Shown piece after piece: positions 49,722-59,762 of a stretch of 64,000 nucleotides of DNA. The notes under the pieces were generated by a model. The model made no database searches. It was not told where the DNA came from and saw nothing but the letters and a program-made list of their open reading frames with translations. The stretch is from Candidatus Pacearchaeota archaeon (lineage in GTDB: Archaea > Nanobdellota > Nanobdellia > Pacearchaeales > GW2011-AR1): the NCBI GenBank assembly GCA_017609175.1, contig JAFCEJ010000003.1, positions 77,817 to 141,816 of the forward strand. The letters are read 5' to 3'. Every line of letters begins with the position of its first letter. Position 1 is the stretch's first letter. A program made the translations under genes and the position numbers.

Positions 49722-50615
49722 ATGAAAAATCCACTAGTGTCTGTTATTATAACCACAAGAAATGAAGAAAAAAATATTGAAAACTGCTTAAAAAGCGTAA
49801 TATGCCAAACATATAAAAATATTGAAATAATTGTTGTAGATAACAATTCTAAAGATAAAACAAAAGAAATTTCTAAAAAATATACTAAAAAAGTTTTCAA
49901 TAAAGGTCCTGAAAGATCTGCACAGAGAAATTATGGAATAATTAAAAAAGCAAAGGGGAAATTTGTAATATTCCTCGATGCAGATATGATTTTATCCCCC
50001 TCTATAATAGAGAAATGTGTTGAAAAAATGGAAACTGGAAAGTATTCTGCATTACATATTCCAGAAATTGTTTTAGGAAAAGGTTTCTTTAGCTCAGTTA
50101 GAAGATTTGAAAGAAGTTTTTATAATGGAACTGTAATTGATGGGGTAAGGTTTTTGGTAAGAGAAGATTTTGTAAAAGTAGGTGGTTTTGATGAAACAAT
50201 GAGTGGTCCAGAGGATTGGGATTTGGATAAAAGAATAAAACAAATAGGAAAAATTGGTTTATTAAAAGAAAAAGAGGAAAATTTTAATGAGTGGAAATTA
50301 AAGGATTTGGTAATAAAAAAAGGATTAAAACCCGAAAAATATGGGTGTGTTATTTATCACAATGAATCTGAATTTAATTTGAAGAAATATCTTTCAAAAA
50401 AAAGATATTATTCAAAAAGTTTTGATAAATATATTAAAAAATGGGGAGAAAAAGATGAAGATATCAAAAAACAATTTGGAATTTATTATAGATTCTTAGG
50501 GGTTTTTATTGAAAGAGGCAAATGGAAAAAGCTTATTGCTCATCCAGTTTTAACATTTGGTATGTATTACTTAAGAATCCTTGTAGGGATTAATTTTTTG
50601 AAGAGAAAATTATAA
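49722..50615 (+). CDS. GT2 glycosyltransferase
   Basis: It has VSVIITTRNEEKNI and FLDADM. Confidence 0.8.
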   Translation: MKNPLVSVIITTRNEEKNIENCLKSVICQTYKNIEIIVVDNNSKDKTKEISKKYTKKVFNKGPERSAQRNYGIIKKAKGKFVIFLDADMILSPSIIEKCVEKMETGKYSALHIPEIVLGKGFFSSVRRFERSFYNGTVIDGVRFLVREDFVKVGGFDETMSGPEDWDLDKRIKQIGKIGLLKEKEENFNEWKLKDLVIKKGLKPEKYGCVIYHNESEFNLKKYLSKKRYYSKSFDKYIKKWGEKDEDIKKQFGIYYRFLGVFIERGKWKKLIAHPVLTFGMYYLRILVGINFLKRKL

Positions 50616-50624
50616 AAATAAAAA

Positions 50625-51321
50625 ATGGAAGAAGAAAATTTTTCAAAAAAGAATATCTTATATTACCACGAAGATTTTTCCCAATTACTGTTACAGTATT
50701 TATTCTTAAAGAACCCCAAATCTTTTTTGGACGTTGGGGGGGGACGGAGGATTAGTCTATTTCCTAAATAAAAAAGGCTATCTTAAAAACATGGAGGTAT
50801 ATGTAATAGACATCTCTAAACATAGGATCAAACAAATTAAAAGAATAAATCCTTTATTTAAATGCTTTATTAATAATGCCATGGAAATGAAAAACATACA
50901 AACGGGTTCGATAGATTTTTTAGTATCTACACAAGTAATTGAACATGTTAAAGATGACAAAAAGATGGTAAAAGAAATTTCAAGAGTCTTAAAGAAAGAT
51001 GGTATTGCATATATTTCAACTATTTTTAAAAAAAGATATGGATGGTATTTTTACAAAAAAGATGGTAAATGGAGATTACATCCAGAACATGTAAGAGAGT
51101 ATACTTCAGACGACCAACTAATAAATATTTTAAAAGAAGAAAATTTTCAAATTATAGAAAATAAGAAGAATATGCTTTGGTTTCCAATAATAGAGCCGAT
51201 TTTTAGAATATTGAAAGTAAGAAGAGATATTTTTGAAATTAAATTTTTTAGTAAATTAAGAATTTTTAAGATACCGATAATTGGCTATTATGAATGGGAA
51301 TTAGTTATAAAGAAAAAATGA
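50625..51321 (+). pseudogene. Class I SAM-dependent methyltransferase disrupted by a +1 frameshift in a G8 homopolymer
   Basis: An ATG at 50625 opens ...KSFLDVGGG. The G8 run at 50736-50743 shifts the frame and a stop follows at 50769. The downstream ORF 50734-51321 continues DGGLVYFL.... With G7 the two parts fuse into one intact methyltransferase carrying LDVGGGDGG. Confidence 0.6.
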
Positions 51322-51992
51322 AATTTAAAACATCAATAGAACAAAGATTAACTGGAAGGCACAAAGCCTGTTTACTAATAGCAGATTTTAGAAATAAAAG
51401 AATTCTCGATATTGGGTGTGGTTATGGGTGGTTTGAGAAAAAAATAGGGAAAAAATCAAAAGAGATTGTTGGAATTGATTTAAATAAAAAAGATCTGGAA
51501 ATTGCAAAGAGTGAATGTAAAGAAAAGAATTGTTATTTTGAAAGAGGCTCTGCATTAAATTTAAAGAAATTTAAGAAAGATTATTTTGACATAGTTGTAA
51601 TGTTTGATGTAATTGAACATATTCCAAAAAATACTGAAAAAAATGCTTTAAGAGAGATAAAAAAGGTTTTGAAAAAAAGGGGGACTTTGATTATCACCAC
51701 TCCTGCAAATAATTTCTCAAAATTTTTTGACCCGGCATGGTATTTTGGGCATCGGCATTATCACATAAAAAAATTAAAAAAAATGCTCGAAAGTGAGGGA
51801 TTTGTCGTCGATAAAATAGGAATAAAAGGAGGGTTTTGGGAGTTACTTAGCATGACCTTATTTTACCCTTGCAAATGGATTTTTAATTCAGAAATCCCTT
51901 GCAAAAAATGGTTTGATAAAAAAAGAGATGAAGAATATTTAAAAAAGAAAAAAGGGTTTATGACAATATTTATTGTAGGATACAAAAAATAA
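51294..51992 (+). CDS. Class I SAM-dependent methyltransferase
   Basis: It has ILDIGCGYGWF (motif I). The start is either 51294 or 51319. Confidence 0.7.
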   Translation: MGISYKEKMKFKTSIEQRLTGRHKACLLIADFRNKRILDIGCGYGWFEKKIGKKSKEIVGIDLNKKDLEIAKSECKEKNCYFERGSALNLKKFKKDYFDIVVMFDVIEHIPKNTEKNALREIKKVLKKRGTLIITTPANNFSKFFDPAWYFGHRHYHIKKLKKMLESEGFVVDKIGIKGGFWELLSMTLFYPCKWIFNSEIPCKKWFDKKRDEEYLKKKKGFMTIFIVGYKK

Positions 51993-53693
51993 TCATCTTT
52001 TTCGACTTACCAAAAAATTTCCTATCGCTAAATAATCCAGGTTTGTCCCAAGAAAACAATTAATAGCATCCCTCGGAGAATTAACAATCGGTTCTCCTTT
52101 TCTATTGAAACTTGTATTTAAAATTACAGGAATTCCTGTTTCTGACTCAAAAGATTTTATCAATTTCCAATATTTCTCATTAACATCTTTCCTAACTGTT
52201 TGTGGCCTTGTTGTTCCATCTACATGAACCACTGCAGGGATTTCTTTAATTTTTTGTTTGGGAACATCAAAAGAAAGGTTCATAAAAGGAGCATAACAAT
52301 CGTTTATTAAATATTCTTTTCTTGCTTCATCTAACATTGAGGGGCAAAAAGGCCTCCACTCTTCTCTAAACTTTACTGCAATATTAACCCTATCACGAAA
52401 TTTAACATGTCTAGAATCTGCTAAGATGGATCTTGCGCCCAAGGCTCTTGGACCAATTTCTGCCCTACCCTGAAACCACCCAATAACTTTCCCTTTTGTT
52501 AATAGTTCCCCGCATATGCCCGAAATATCATCATATTCACGATATTTTATTTTTTTGTTTTCTTTTATTGTCTTATCTAATTCTTTTTTTAATTCTTCGT
52601 TTGTAAATCCAATTCCAAAATAAACATGTTTCATTTTTTTGAATTTTATCTTGGGTTTTAACTCTTTCTGAATCTGTAATGCAGAACCTAAGGCTAAACC
52701 CCCATCACCACAATGAGGAAAGGGTATAAAATTTATTTCTTCAAAATTATCTCTTATCCTCTTATTTAGTTTTACATTAAGGAAACATCCTCCTGCACCA
52801 ACTAAATTCATATTTCTTGTTTTATTGAGAACATTTGATAACCATTTTAAAATTTGGTCTTCAAAAACTTTCTGTCCTGCTGCAGCAGTATTTTTACTCC
52901 CATATTTATAACTTAAGAATCTAAAATATGCTGCTTCTGCTACAGATCCTCTTAATTGATTATTTATCCACCCCCCGTATAAATTCCAATATCTTCCACT
53001 AAACCCAAGCCCTTTTGCTTTCGGAACAAGTTTATATGCCTCTTTGCTTGCAAATTTTGGATCCCCATATGCTGCTAAGCCCATTACTTTATATTCATCA
53101 TTATAGATAGAGAATCCCAACCCATCTGTAAGAGCTTCATAATAATGGCCCATTGAACCGCTTTCATAAATATTTTTGATTCTCTTTATTCCCTTAGATA
53201 CCGAGTAGTTAACACTTCCAGATAGGCCATTTCCAATACCATCCAATGTAACTATTGTTGCTTTATCAAAACCAGACGTATAAAAAGCTGAAGCGGCATG
53301 AGCCAAATGGTGTTCTACTCCGAGTATTTTTTTTGATTTTACAAAGTGATTAATTTTTGAATAGATATTTCCCTTACCCGCTTCTTTCTTTAAAAGCATT
53401 TTAATCAATTTTAAAATATATTCTGGCCTTCCAATGTTGTCAAAGGCGGTAGCAATCATCCTTCCAATACCATATTTAGAAGGGATTGCAATATAATCAA
53501 CATCCTCTAAAGAAATTCCTTCAAAATCAAGAACAAATTTTGTTGATAATTCTGGAAAATCCATGCCCCAATGTTTTATCCGAGTAAACCGTTCTTCATC
53601 TGCAGCAGCAACTATTTTGCCATCTTTTATTAAAGCGGCTCCTGCATCATGATGGGTATGTAAACCAAGAATGTACATATTAATTACTTTCAA
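51993..53693 (-). CDS. Carbamoyltransferase (NodU/CmcH family)
   Basis: N-terminus MYILGLHTHHDAGAALIKDGKIVAAADEERFTRIKH (Kae1-like fold). Its length is 566 aa. Confidence 0.85.
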   Translation of the reverse strand: MKVINMYILGLHTHHDAGAALIKDGKIVAAADEERFTRIKHWGMDFPELSTKFVLDFEGISLEDVDYIAIPSKYGIGRMIATAFDNIGRPEYILKLIKMLLKKEAGKGNIYSKINHFVKSKKILGVEHHLAHAASAFYTSGFDKATIVTLDGIGNGLSGSVNYSVSKGIKRIKNIYESGSMGHYYEALTDGLGFSIYNDEYKVMGLAAYGDPKFASKEAYKLVPKAKGLGFSGRYWNLYGGWINNQLRGSVAEAAYFRFLSYKYGSKNTAAAGQKVFEDQILKWLSNVLNKTRNMNLVGAGGCFLNVKLNKRIRDNFEEINFIPFPHCGDGGLALGSALQIQKELKPKIKFKKMKHVYFGIGFTNEELKKELDKTIKENKKIKYREYDDISGICGELLTKGKVIGWFQGRAEIGPRALGARSILADSRHVKFRDRVNIAVKFREEWRPFCPSMLDEARKEYLINDCYAPFMNLSFDVPKQKIKEIPAVVHVDGTTRPQTVRKDVNEKYWKLIKSFESETGIPVILNTSFNRKGEPIVNSPRDAINCFLGTNLDYLAIGNFLVSRKR

Positions 53694-53725
53694 TCCTTAT
53701 TTTTAAATTTGTATATTCTAAAAAA

Positions 53726-55273
53726 CTAGTTATTAAATTTATAGATTATAAGTGTTGGTTGCCCATTCCTATAAAATGCTTTTACAAAAGTCAAATTATG
53801 CTGTTGAGGGTAAGTATAAGCCCATTGAGGGGTAAATGCAGGTTCAAATCCATGTATAATAAAATAATGAGGCTTAATTTTTTGAATTTTTTTATCAAAA
53901 AGGGTTTTATTATGGACCCCATTAGGATCTGTTTCATTTCTAACATAAAAATCATAACAACTTCTTTCAGAGTAATATTGCATTTGGACGATTGAAGCAG
54001 TTATAATTTTTGCATCCTTTGGGGTACTTTGTTTTAACCATAAACCTGCATCTTTTAATTCCTGGTAACTTCCAAATTTAGCATCAATAAAATTATTAGA
54101 GGATTTTATCTGAAAAAAAGAAAGAATTACAATAAAAAGAATAATAAATAAAAGAGTTGAGGTTTTTTTATTAAAAAAAGAAGATAATTTTGTTAGAAGA
54201 TAATTAACTCCATATGCAGAAGTTACACTAATAGTTGGAAATAAAATTAAAAGATATCTTGCATCAATATTTTTTATTCCAAAAATAAAATAAGAGACGG
54301 GAATTAATAAATTTAAGAAGATAAAAAGCAAATGATTTCTAGATTTATTTTTTTGTAGAAAAATTAAATCAATATAAAAGAATAACTGCAGAATCAAAAT
54401 AAATCCGATGATGAAAAAGATTATTAAAAAATTATTCAATAAAAGAGGAAGATGAAAAGTGAGGACATTCCATCCAAAAGGGCTTTGTTTAACAGTGGGA
54501 TTTGAACCATGATAAAAACCTAGTGCCGGAAAAATATTTCCGAAATGAGATTGATTAAATAAAAAGAAAGGACTTAAAAAAAGAAGACCCAAGATTATTG
54601 CGATATAAAATTGCTTTTTTCTAAATAAAGACATTCTTTCGGTAATCAACATGTATGTTGCTATGGAAATTAAAATTAAAGCTCCAGTATATCTTGCAAG
54701 AAAAGATAAAATTCCAAAAAAGACTGCAAAATAAAGTCCAAAATTTTTTTGTTTTCCTTCATAATAAATCAAAAAGAAGAAAATAGCTAAGGTTCCAAAA
54801 AAAGTGCTTGGAATATCTGTTAAAAGCCTAAATGAATAAAACACCCAAACCCAATTAAAGGAGAAAATAGAAGTTGAAATTATTGCTATTTTTTTATTAA
54901 AAAGATACTCAGATATTCGGTAAACCAAATAACAAGTTAATATTGACGGGATAAGAAGTGTAAAAAACCGGATTGCTGTTTCACCTAATCCTATTTTAAA
55001 AAATAAACTCCATATAAAAGGGATGAATAATGGTCGCATTAAGATAAAATGTTCCCACCATTCTGGTATTGGTTGATTCAGCCCCCAAACTTTTGCTATA
55101 GCTAAATAATCTCCTTCATCCCACCAAATTGGCTGGTTTCCAAGCTTAAAAAAATAGTAAAGATAAACGAAAATTACAGCAATTCCAAGAAAAACAGATA
55201 TTTGATTATATGGGTCCTTAAGCCAATTTTTTATTTTCTCTTTTTTTTCAAGAATTTTTTCTTCAGATTCCAT
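53726..55273 (-). CDS. GT-C fold glycosyltransferase (ArnT/PMT-like, GT39/GT83-type)
   Basis: It has more than 10 TM, a WWDEGDY motif in the first loop and a C-terminal soluble domain. Confidence 0.6.
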   Translation of the reverse strand: MESEEKILEKKEKIKNWLKDPYNQISVFLGIAVIFVYLYYFFKLGNQPIWWDEGDYLAIAKVWGLNQPIPEWWEHFILMRPLFIPFIWSLFFKIGLGETAIRFFTLLIPSILTCYLVYRISEYLFNKKIAIISTSIFSFNWVWVFYSFRLLTDIPSTFFGTLAIFFFLIYYEGKQKNFGLYFAVFFGILSFLARYTGALILISIATYMLITERMSLFRKKQFYIAIILGLLFLSPFFLFNQSHFGNIFPALGFYHGSNPTVKQSPFGWNVLTFHLPLLLNNFLIIFFIIGFILILQLFFYIDLIFLQKNKSRNHLLFIFLNLLIPVSYFIFGIKNIDARYLLILFPTISVTSAYGVNYLLTKLSSFFNKKTSTLLFIILFIVILSFFQIKSSNNFIDAKFGSYQELKDAGLWLKQSTPKDAKIITASIVQMQYYSERSCYDFYVRNETDPNGVHNKTLFDKKIQKIKPHYFIIHGFEPAFTPQWAYTYPQQHNLTFVKAFYRNGQPTLIIYKFNN

Positions 55274-55299
55274 AATATTAAATAATTTTTAGGTTTTTA

Positions 55300-56172
55300 T
55301 TATTTTGTACTTTCAATTCTTATCCAGATTTTTTTAAATTTCTTTTTTTTCAAATTTATATCCTTAAAAATCAAAAACCACAAATAAACCCTAATTAAAA
55401 TAAGTTCTATTGTCCAAAGAAATTCTTTTATTGTTTTTGGGTAGGACAAAACTTGTAAAATTCCGAGAGACTCTTTTGAAAAAGAACGCATCTCTTTCTT
55501 AGTCCATTTTTTTATTTGGTTATATCCTCCAGCAGAACGTCTTTTTTGATTAATCCAATCCCTAAGAGTTGTTGGAAATTTAACATAAACTTTTGCTTCT
55601 GGGGAATAATCTATTAAATATCCTTTTGAGTAAATCATATGGGAGATTAATCCGTCATCAGAGAGGGTTTCTTCTGGAATCCTTTTAATTATATTTCTTA
55701 TTGCATAAAGATAACCCGAACAATAAAATCTTTTTTTAATTTTTATTGCTTTTTTTCTCCTTTTATCAGCTATATCTGTAAGTAGATGTGACCAATATCC
55801 TAATTTGGTATTCCTATTATTTATAGAAATGGGCCTTCCTGAAACAGCACCAATTTTTTTGTTTTTGAATGGTTTTAATAAATATCTGAGAGCATTTTTA
55901 TCTATAAATACATCTCCGTCAGAAAGAATTAAAATTTCTCCTTTTGCTTTTTTAAAGGCGAGATTTAATGCAGAAGGTTTTCCTTGTCCAGAGTCTTTAA
56001 GTGTTTTAATTTTTGGGTTTTTTTTAGAATATTTTTTTACAATATCTAAGGTTTCTTTATCTGGTGCCAAGACTAAAATTTCATAATCTTTTAAATTATT
56101 TGATAAAAAAGAATCTATTGCCCTACCAATTGTTTTTGATTCCTTATATGCTGTTATTATTATGCTTATCAT
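55300..56172 (-). CDS. GT2 glycosyltransferase
   Basis: It has ISIIITAYKES and SDGD. Confidence 0.8.
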   Translation of the reverse strand: MISIIITAYKESKTIGRAIDSFLSNNLKDYEILVLAPDKETLDIVKKYSKKNPKIKTLKDSGQGKPSALNLAFKKAKGEILILSDGDVFIDKNALRYLLKPFKNKKIGAVSGRPISINNRNTKLGYWSHLLTDIADKRRKKAIKIKKRFYCSGYLYAIRNIIKRIPEETLSDDGLISHMIYSKGYLIDYSPEAKVYVKFPTTLRDWINQKRRSAGGYNQIKKWTKKEMRSFSKESLGILQVLSYPKTIKEFLWTIELILIRVYLWFLIFKDINLKKKKFKKIWIRIESTK

Positions 56173-57272
56173 TTTAATAAATTAATCAATTTTACAGAAA
56201 GTTTACTCCATTTAAAGATTTCTACACTTTTCCTTGCATTTTTTTGGATTTTAACTAATTCTTTATTTGATAAAGAAAATACATAGTCCAGAGTTTTTTT
56301 AAAATCATTCTTATCTCCAACCTTAAACAAAAATCCATTTTCTTTATTTTTAATTATTTCTTTTGCTCCAAGAGTATTAGAAGAAATCACAATTTTCCCT
56401 AAAGCCATTGCTTCAATTAATGCTTGGGGCATAGCTTCTCTTTTACTTGGAAGAACAAAAATATCTGCTTCCTGTAATTTTTTTATCTTTTTGTCTAAAT
56501 CATAGATAGGATTTAAAAATTTAATTTTTCCTGAAGAATATTTTTTTATTTTTTCGTACCCGTTTTCGATAGGACCGATAATTTCAAAAAAAAGATTTTT
56601 TTCATAGTGATTAATTATTTCAATAGGAATTTCAAGATTTTTTATTGGAGCAATTCGTCCTAAAAAAAGGATTTTCCTATTATGAGGGGGTTTAATCGTT
56701 TGTTTAAAAAATTTATCTGGAATCCCATTTGGAATGTATTCTATCTTTTCTTTTAAAGCTCCTAATTTTTTAAGATGTTGTTGTTCCCATTTTGTAATTG
56801 AAATTATTTTTGTAAATTGATTAATTTTTGGTTTTACTTTAAAGAAATAATAGGTTTTTGTCAATATTGAGAGAATAGAATTTCTCTTTACTTCGAAAGG
56901 AGCATGGGGAACAATATAACAAGGAATTTTTAATTTTTGGCATATTTTAAGAACCTTGAAAGAATGGGGATGAAAGAGATGAGTAATTACCCTACTCGGT
57001 TTTAATTTGATAAGTTCTTTTTCAAAATCAAAATAGATTACATTTCTAGAAATAAATTTGCTTATAAAATCCTGGCGTGATTTAAATCTCCTAATTTTTA
57101 TTTCCCCAACGACTTCTTTTTCTTTAGCAATTTTGTTTGTTCCTTTTTCAATATTAGAAGAAAAAACATAGACATCGTGCCCTTTTCTTGCAAGTTGCTC
57201 TGCTTCTTGTTTTACCCTTATCCAAACTCCGCAAATACCTGCTGAAAAGGGGCATAGTTCAAGGATTTTCAT
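56169..57272 (-). CDS. GT4 glycosyltransferase (group 1)
   Basis: It has the C-terminal GT4 signature EAMALGKIVISSNTLGAKEII..ENGFLF. Confidence 0.8.
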   Translation of the reverse strand: MKILELCPFSAGICGVWIRVKQEAEQLARKGHDVYVFSSNIEKGTNKIAKEKEVVGEIKIRRFKSRQDFISKFISRNVIYFDFEKELIKLKPSRVITHLFHPHSFKVLKICQKLKIPCYIVPHAPFEVKRNSILSILTKTYYFFKVKPKINQFTKIISITKWEQQHLKKLGALKEKIEYIPNGIPDKFFKQTIKPPHNRKILFLGRIAPIKNLEIPIEIINHYEKNLFFEIIGPIENGYEKIKKYSSGKIKFLNPIYDLDKKIKKLQEADIFVLPSKREAMPQALIEAMALGKIVISSNTLGAKEIIKNKENGFLFKVGDKNDFKKTLDYVFSLSNKELVKIQKNARKSVEIFKWSKLSVKLINLLK

Positions 57273-57285
57273 TATATTTATAAAA

Positions 57286-58344
57286 GTGGGTGGGATTTTA
57301 AATTTAATGAATCTAAAACATTTAATAAAAGAAGCAAAATATTATAAAAAATTAGATGGAAATTTAAGAAGAATAGGGATAAAATTTATTTTAGCTAAGA
57401 CCCCTTTAAAAAAGTGGGTAAATAGCACAAGTTATATTCTTATTTATAAGAAAAGAATAAAAAAACTATCTAAAAAAATAAGACCAAAATTCCTACAAAT
57501 AGAAAACACCAATATCTGTAATGCTAGGTGTATTATGTGTCCGCATACTTCTATGAAAAGAAAACAAAAAATAATGGACCAAAAAAAGTTTGAAAAAACA
57601 ATTAAGAGAGTCCTTAAAGATTATCCCTCAATAAAAACAATTATAATTACAGGATTTGGAGAACCATTAATAGATAAAGAAATAGTAAAAAAAATAAAAT
57701 TCATAAACAGATTATATCCCAAATTACAAATTGATATTTACACTAATGCTTCTTTATTAGATAAAAAAATAGCTGAAGAACTATTAAAAACAAAATTACA
57801 TAAAATAAATTTTAGTATAAATGGAACAAAGAAAACTTACAAAAAAATGATGGGGCTTAATTACAATAAAACAGTAAAAAATGTTTTAAATTTTATTAAG
57901 AGAAGAAAAGAACTAAAAAAGAAGTGGCCTCTTGTCAACATTTCCCTAATGATTTTAAAGGAAAATGAAAAAGATGTAGAAGAATTTCAAAAATTTTGGA
58001 TAAACAAGGCAGATTCAGTAATGATTTATCCTCCTTCCAACTGGGCGGGAAAACAAAAAATAAACTTTGCTGTTCAAACACCCTTTAAAATAAAAAGATG
58101 GGCATGCAATGCTTTGTGGCAGTACATCACAATAGACGTTGAAGGGAATTTAATAATGTGTTGTAGGGACTATGAATCTAAGATTAAATTAGGAAATATA
58201 TTAAACAAAAATGCTAAAGAAATATTTGAAGGGAAAAAAATAAATGATATACGAAAAAGACAATTAGAAGGAGATTTTTCAATGCCAATATGCAATAGGT
58301 GTGATAATTCATTTGATTCGAGTTTAGGATGGTGGGTAAAATGA
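57286..58344 (+). CDS. Radical SAM / SPASM-domain protein
   Basis: It has CNARCIMC (CxxxCxxC) and a C-terminal Cys cluster (CNALW...MCCRDY...CNRCDN). Confidence 0.8.
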   Translation: MGGILNLMNLKHLIKEAKYYKKLDGNLRRIGIKFILAKTPLKKWVNSTSYILIYKKRIKKLSKKIRPKFLQIENTNICNARCIMCPHTSMKRKQKIMDQKKFEKTIKRVLKDYPSIKTIIITGFGEPLIDKEIVKKIKFINRLYPKLQIDIYTNASLLDKKIAEELLKTKLHKINFSINGTKKTYKKMMGLNYNKTVKNVLNFIKRRKELKKKWPLVNISLMILKENEKDVEEFQKFWINKADSVMIYPPSNWAGKQKINFAVQTPFKIKRWACNALWQYITIDVEGNLIMCCRDYESKIKLGNILNKNAKEIFEGKKINDIRKRQLEGDFSMPICNRCDNSFDSSLGWWVK

Positions 58345-59225
58345 AAAAAGTTTCAATTATAATCCCTACATACAATGGGCTCAAAGTATTAAAAAAATGT
58401 TTGGAATCACTAAAAAAAACAGACTATAAAAACCTAAAAATAATTTTAGTAGATAATGGCTCAAGCGATGGTACTATATCATTCATAAAAAAGAATTATC
58501 CTTCAATAGAAATAATTGCCCTAAACAAAAATTATGGATTTGCGTATGCAGTTAACAAAGGAATTAAAAAAGCCATAAAAGATGGATCAGATTATATTTT
58601 AAGCTTAAATAATGATGTCATTATCCCAAATAAAAATTGGATAAGGGAACTAATAAAAACAGCAGAGAAAGATAATAAAATAGGCATTATTGGAATAAAA
58701 ATTACTTCTAAAAATAAAAGGTTACAGTTTTTATTTTATGGATTAAAAAGCGAGGGGGAGTTGGATAAAGGACAATATGACTTTATTAGGGAAGTTCCTG
58801 CAATAAATGGTGTTGCTATGTTTATAAAAAAAGAAGTAATTAAAAAAGTAGGATTTTTTGATGAAAGATTTTTTTATGGGAGAGATGATCTAGATTATGG
58901 GTTTAGAGCAAGGAAAGCCGGATTTAAGGTAATTTATAATGGAAAAATTAAACTAATCCATTATGGAGGATATTCCTTTAAAATTTCTAAAGGAAAAGAA
59001 AGTTTAAATTTATTCAAAGAAAAAGAAAAAGGTTTGCTCTTATTTAGTTTTAAACACCTAAATTTAAAATCAAAAATTTTGGCGGTATTGAGAGTATTTA
59101 TAGATGTATTTATTTCAAAAGAAAATAATAAAAAAATTTCGATTAAAAATATTCGGTTTAATAAAGATTTTTTAAAAAGATTATATTATGCTTTTTTGTC
59201 TTTTAAAGAAACTATTTTTTCCTAA
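58341..59225 (+). CDS. GT2 glycosyltransferase
   Basis: It has VSIIIPTYNG and VDNGSSDGT. There is an ATGA overlap with the upstream stop. Confidence 0.8.
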   Translation: MKKVSIIIPTYNGLKVLKKCLESLKKTDYKNLKIILVDNGSSDGTISFIKKNYPSIEIIALNKNYGFAYAVNKGIKKAIKDGSDYILSLNNDVIIPNKNWIRELIKTAEKDNKIGIIGIKITSKNKRLQFLFYGLKSEGELDKGQYDFIREVPAINGVAMFIKKEVIKKVGFFDERFFYGRDDLDYGFRARKAGFKVIYNGKIKLIHYGGYSFKISKGKESLNLFKEKEKGLLLFSFKHLNLKSKILAVLRVFIDVFISKENNKKISIKNIRFNKDFLKRLYYAFLSFKETIFS

Positions 59226-59466
59226 AGAAAATGGATGGTTTTTTTATTACGAATGGAATAAATGGGTAAACAGAAGATGCTAAACTCCATTCAATACCCC
59301 ATGTATTTAAACATCCGGGGCATTTTTTTATATCTTGCCTTATTTTTTTTGCGAGAGAAGACTTCCAAATTTTTGTTGGAGAATCTTTCAAGATATTTCC
59401 GGCTACAATATGGGATTTCATAAGACAAGGAGTCACATCACCATTATATCTTAATAAAAAAACTAT
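59212..59466 (-). pseudogene. C-terminal remnant of a second radical SAM/SPASM gene
   Basis: ...YNGDVTPCLMKSHIVAGNIL...IRQDIKKCPGCLNTWG aligns with the C-terminus of the 57286 protein (IDVEGNLIMCCRDYESKIKLGNIL...IRKRQLEGDFSMPICNRC). No radical SAM N-terminal part is present. Confidence 0.5.
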
Positions 59467-59546
59467 TTAAAACAAAACACCGAAATCTAAAATTATCTTT
59501 AATGATTTTAACTAATGCTTCATGATGAAATCCCTCAGGAAATTTC

Positions 59547-59711
59547 CTAATTGCTTTTAATAATTTTTTCTATATCCTCGGTAGAACCATCATCAACTAC
59601 GATAACCTCATAATGCTTATAAGTTTGATTAAATATGGACCTCAACGTATCTGTAAGGGTTTTAGAACAATTTTTTACTGGGATAATAATAGAAAATTGG
59701 ATATTTTTCAT
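59547..59711 (-). pseudogene. N-terminal remnant (54 aa) of a GT2 glycosyltransferase
   Basis: [54 protein letters not shown] then stop. This is a canonical GT2 N-terminus that ends prematurely. Confidence 0.5.
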
Positions 59712-59762
59712 AAGAAGACAAATATATTTAAATTTATAATCTTTGTTATCTTATCTATAAAA

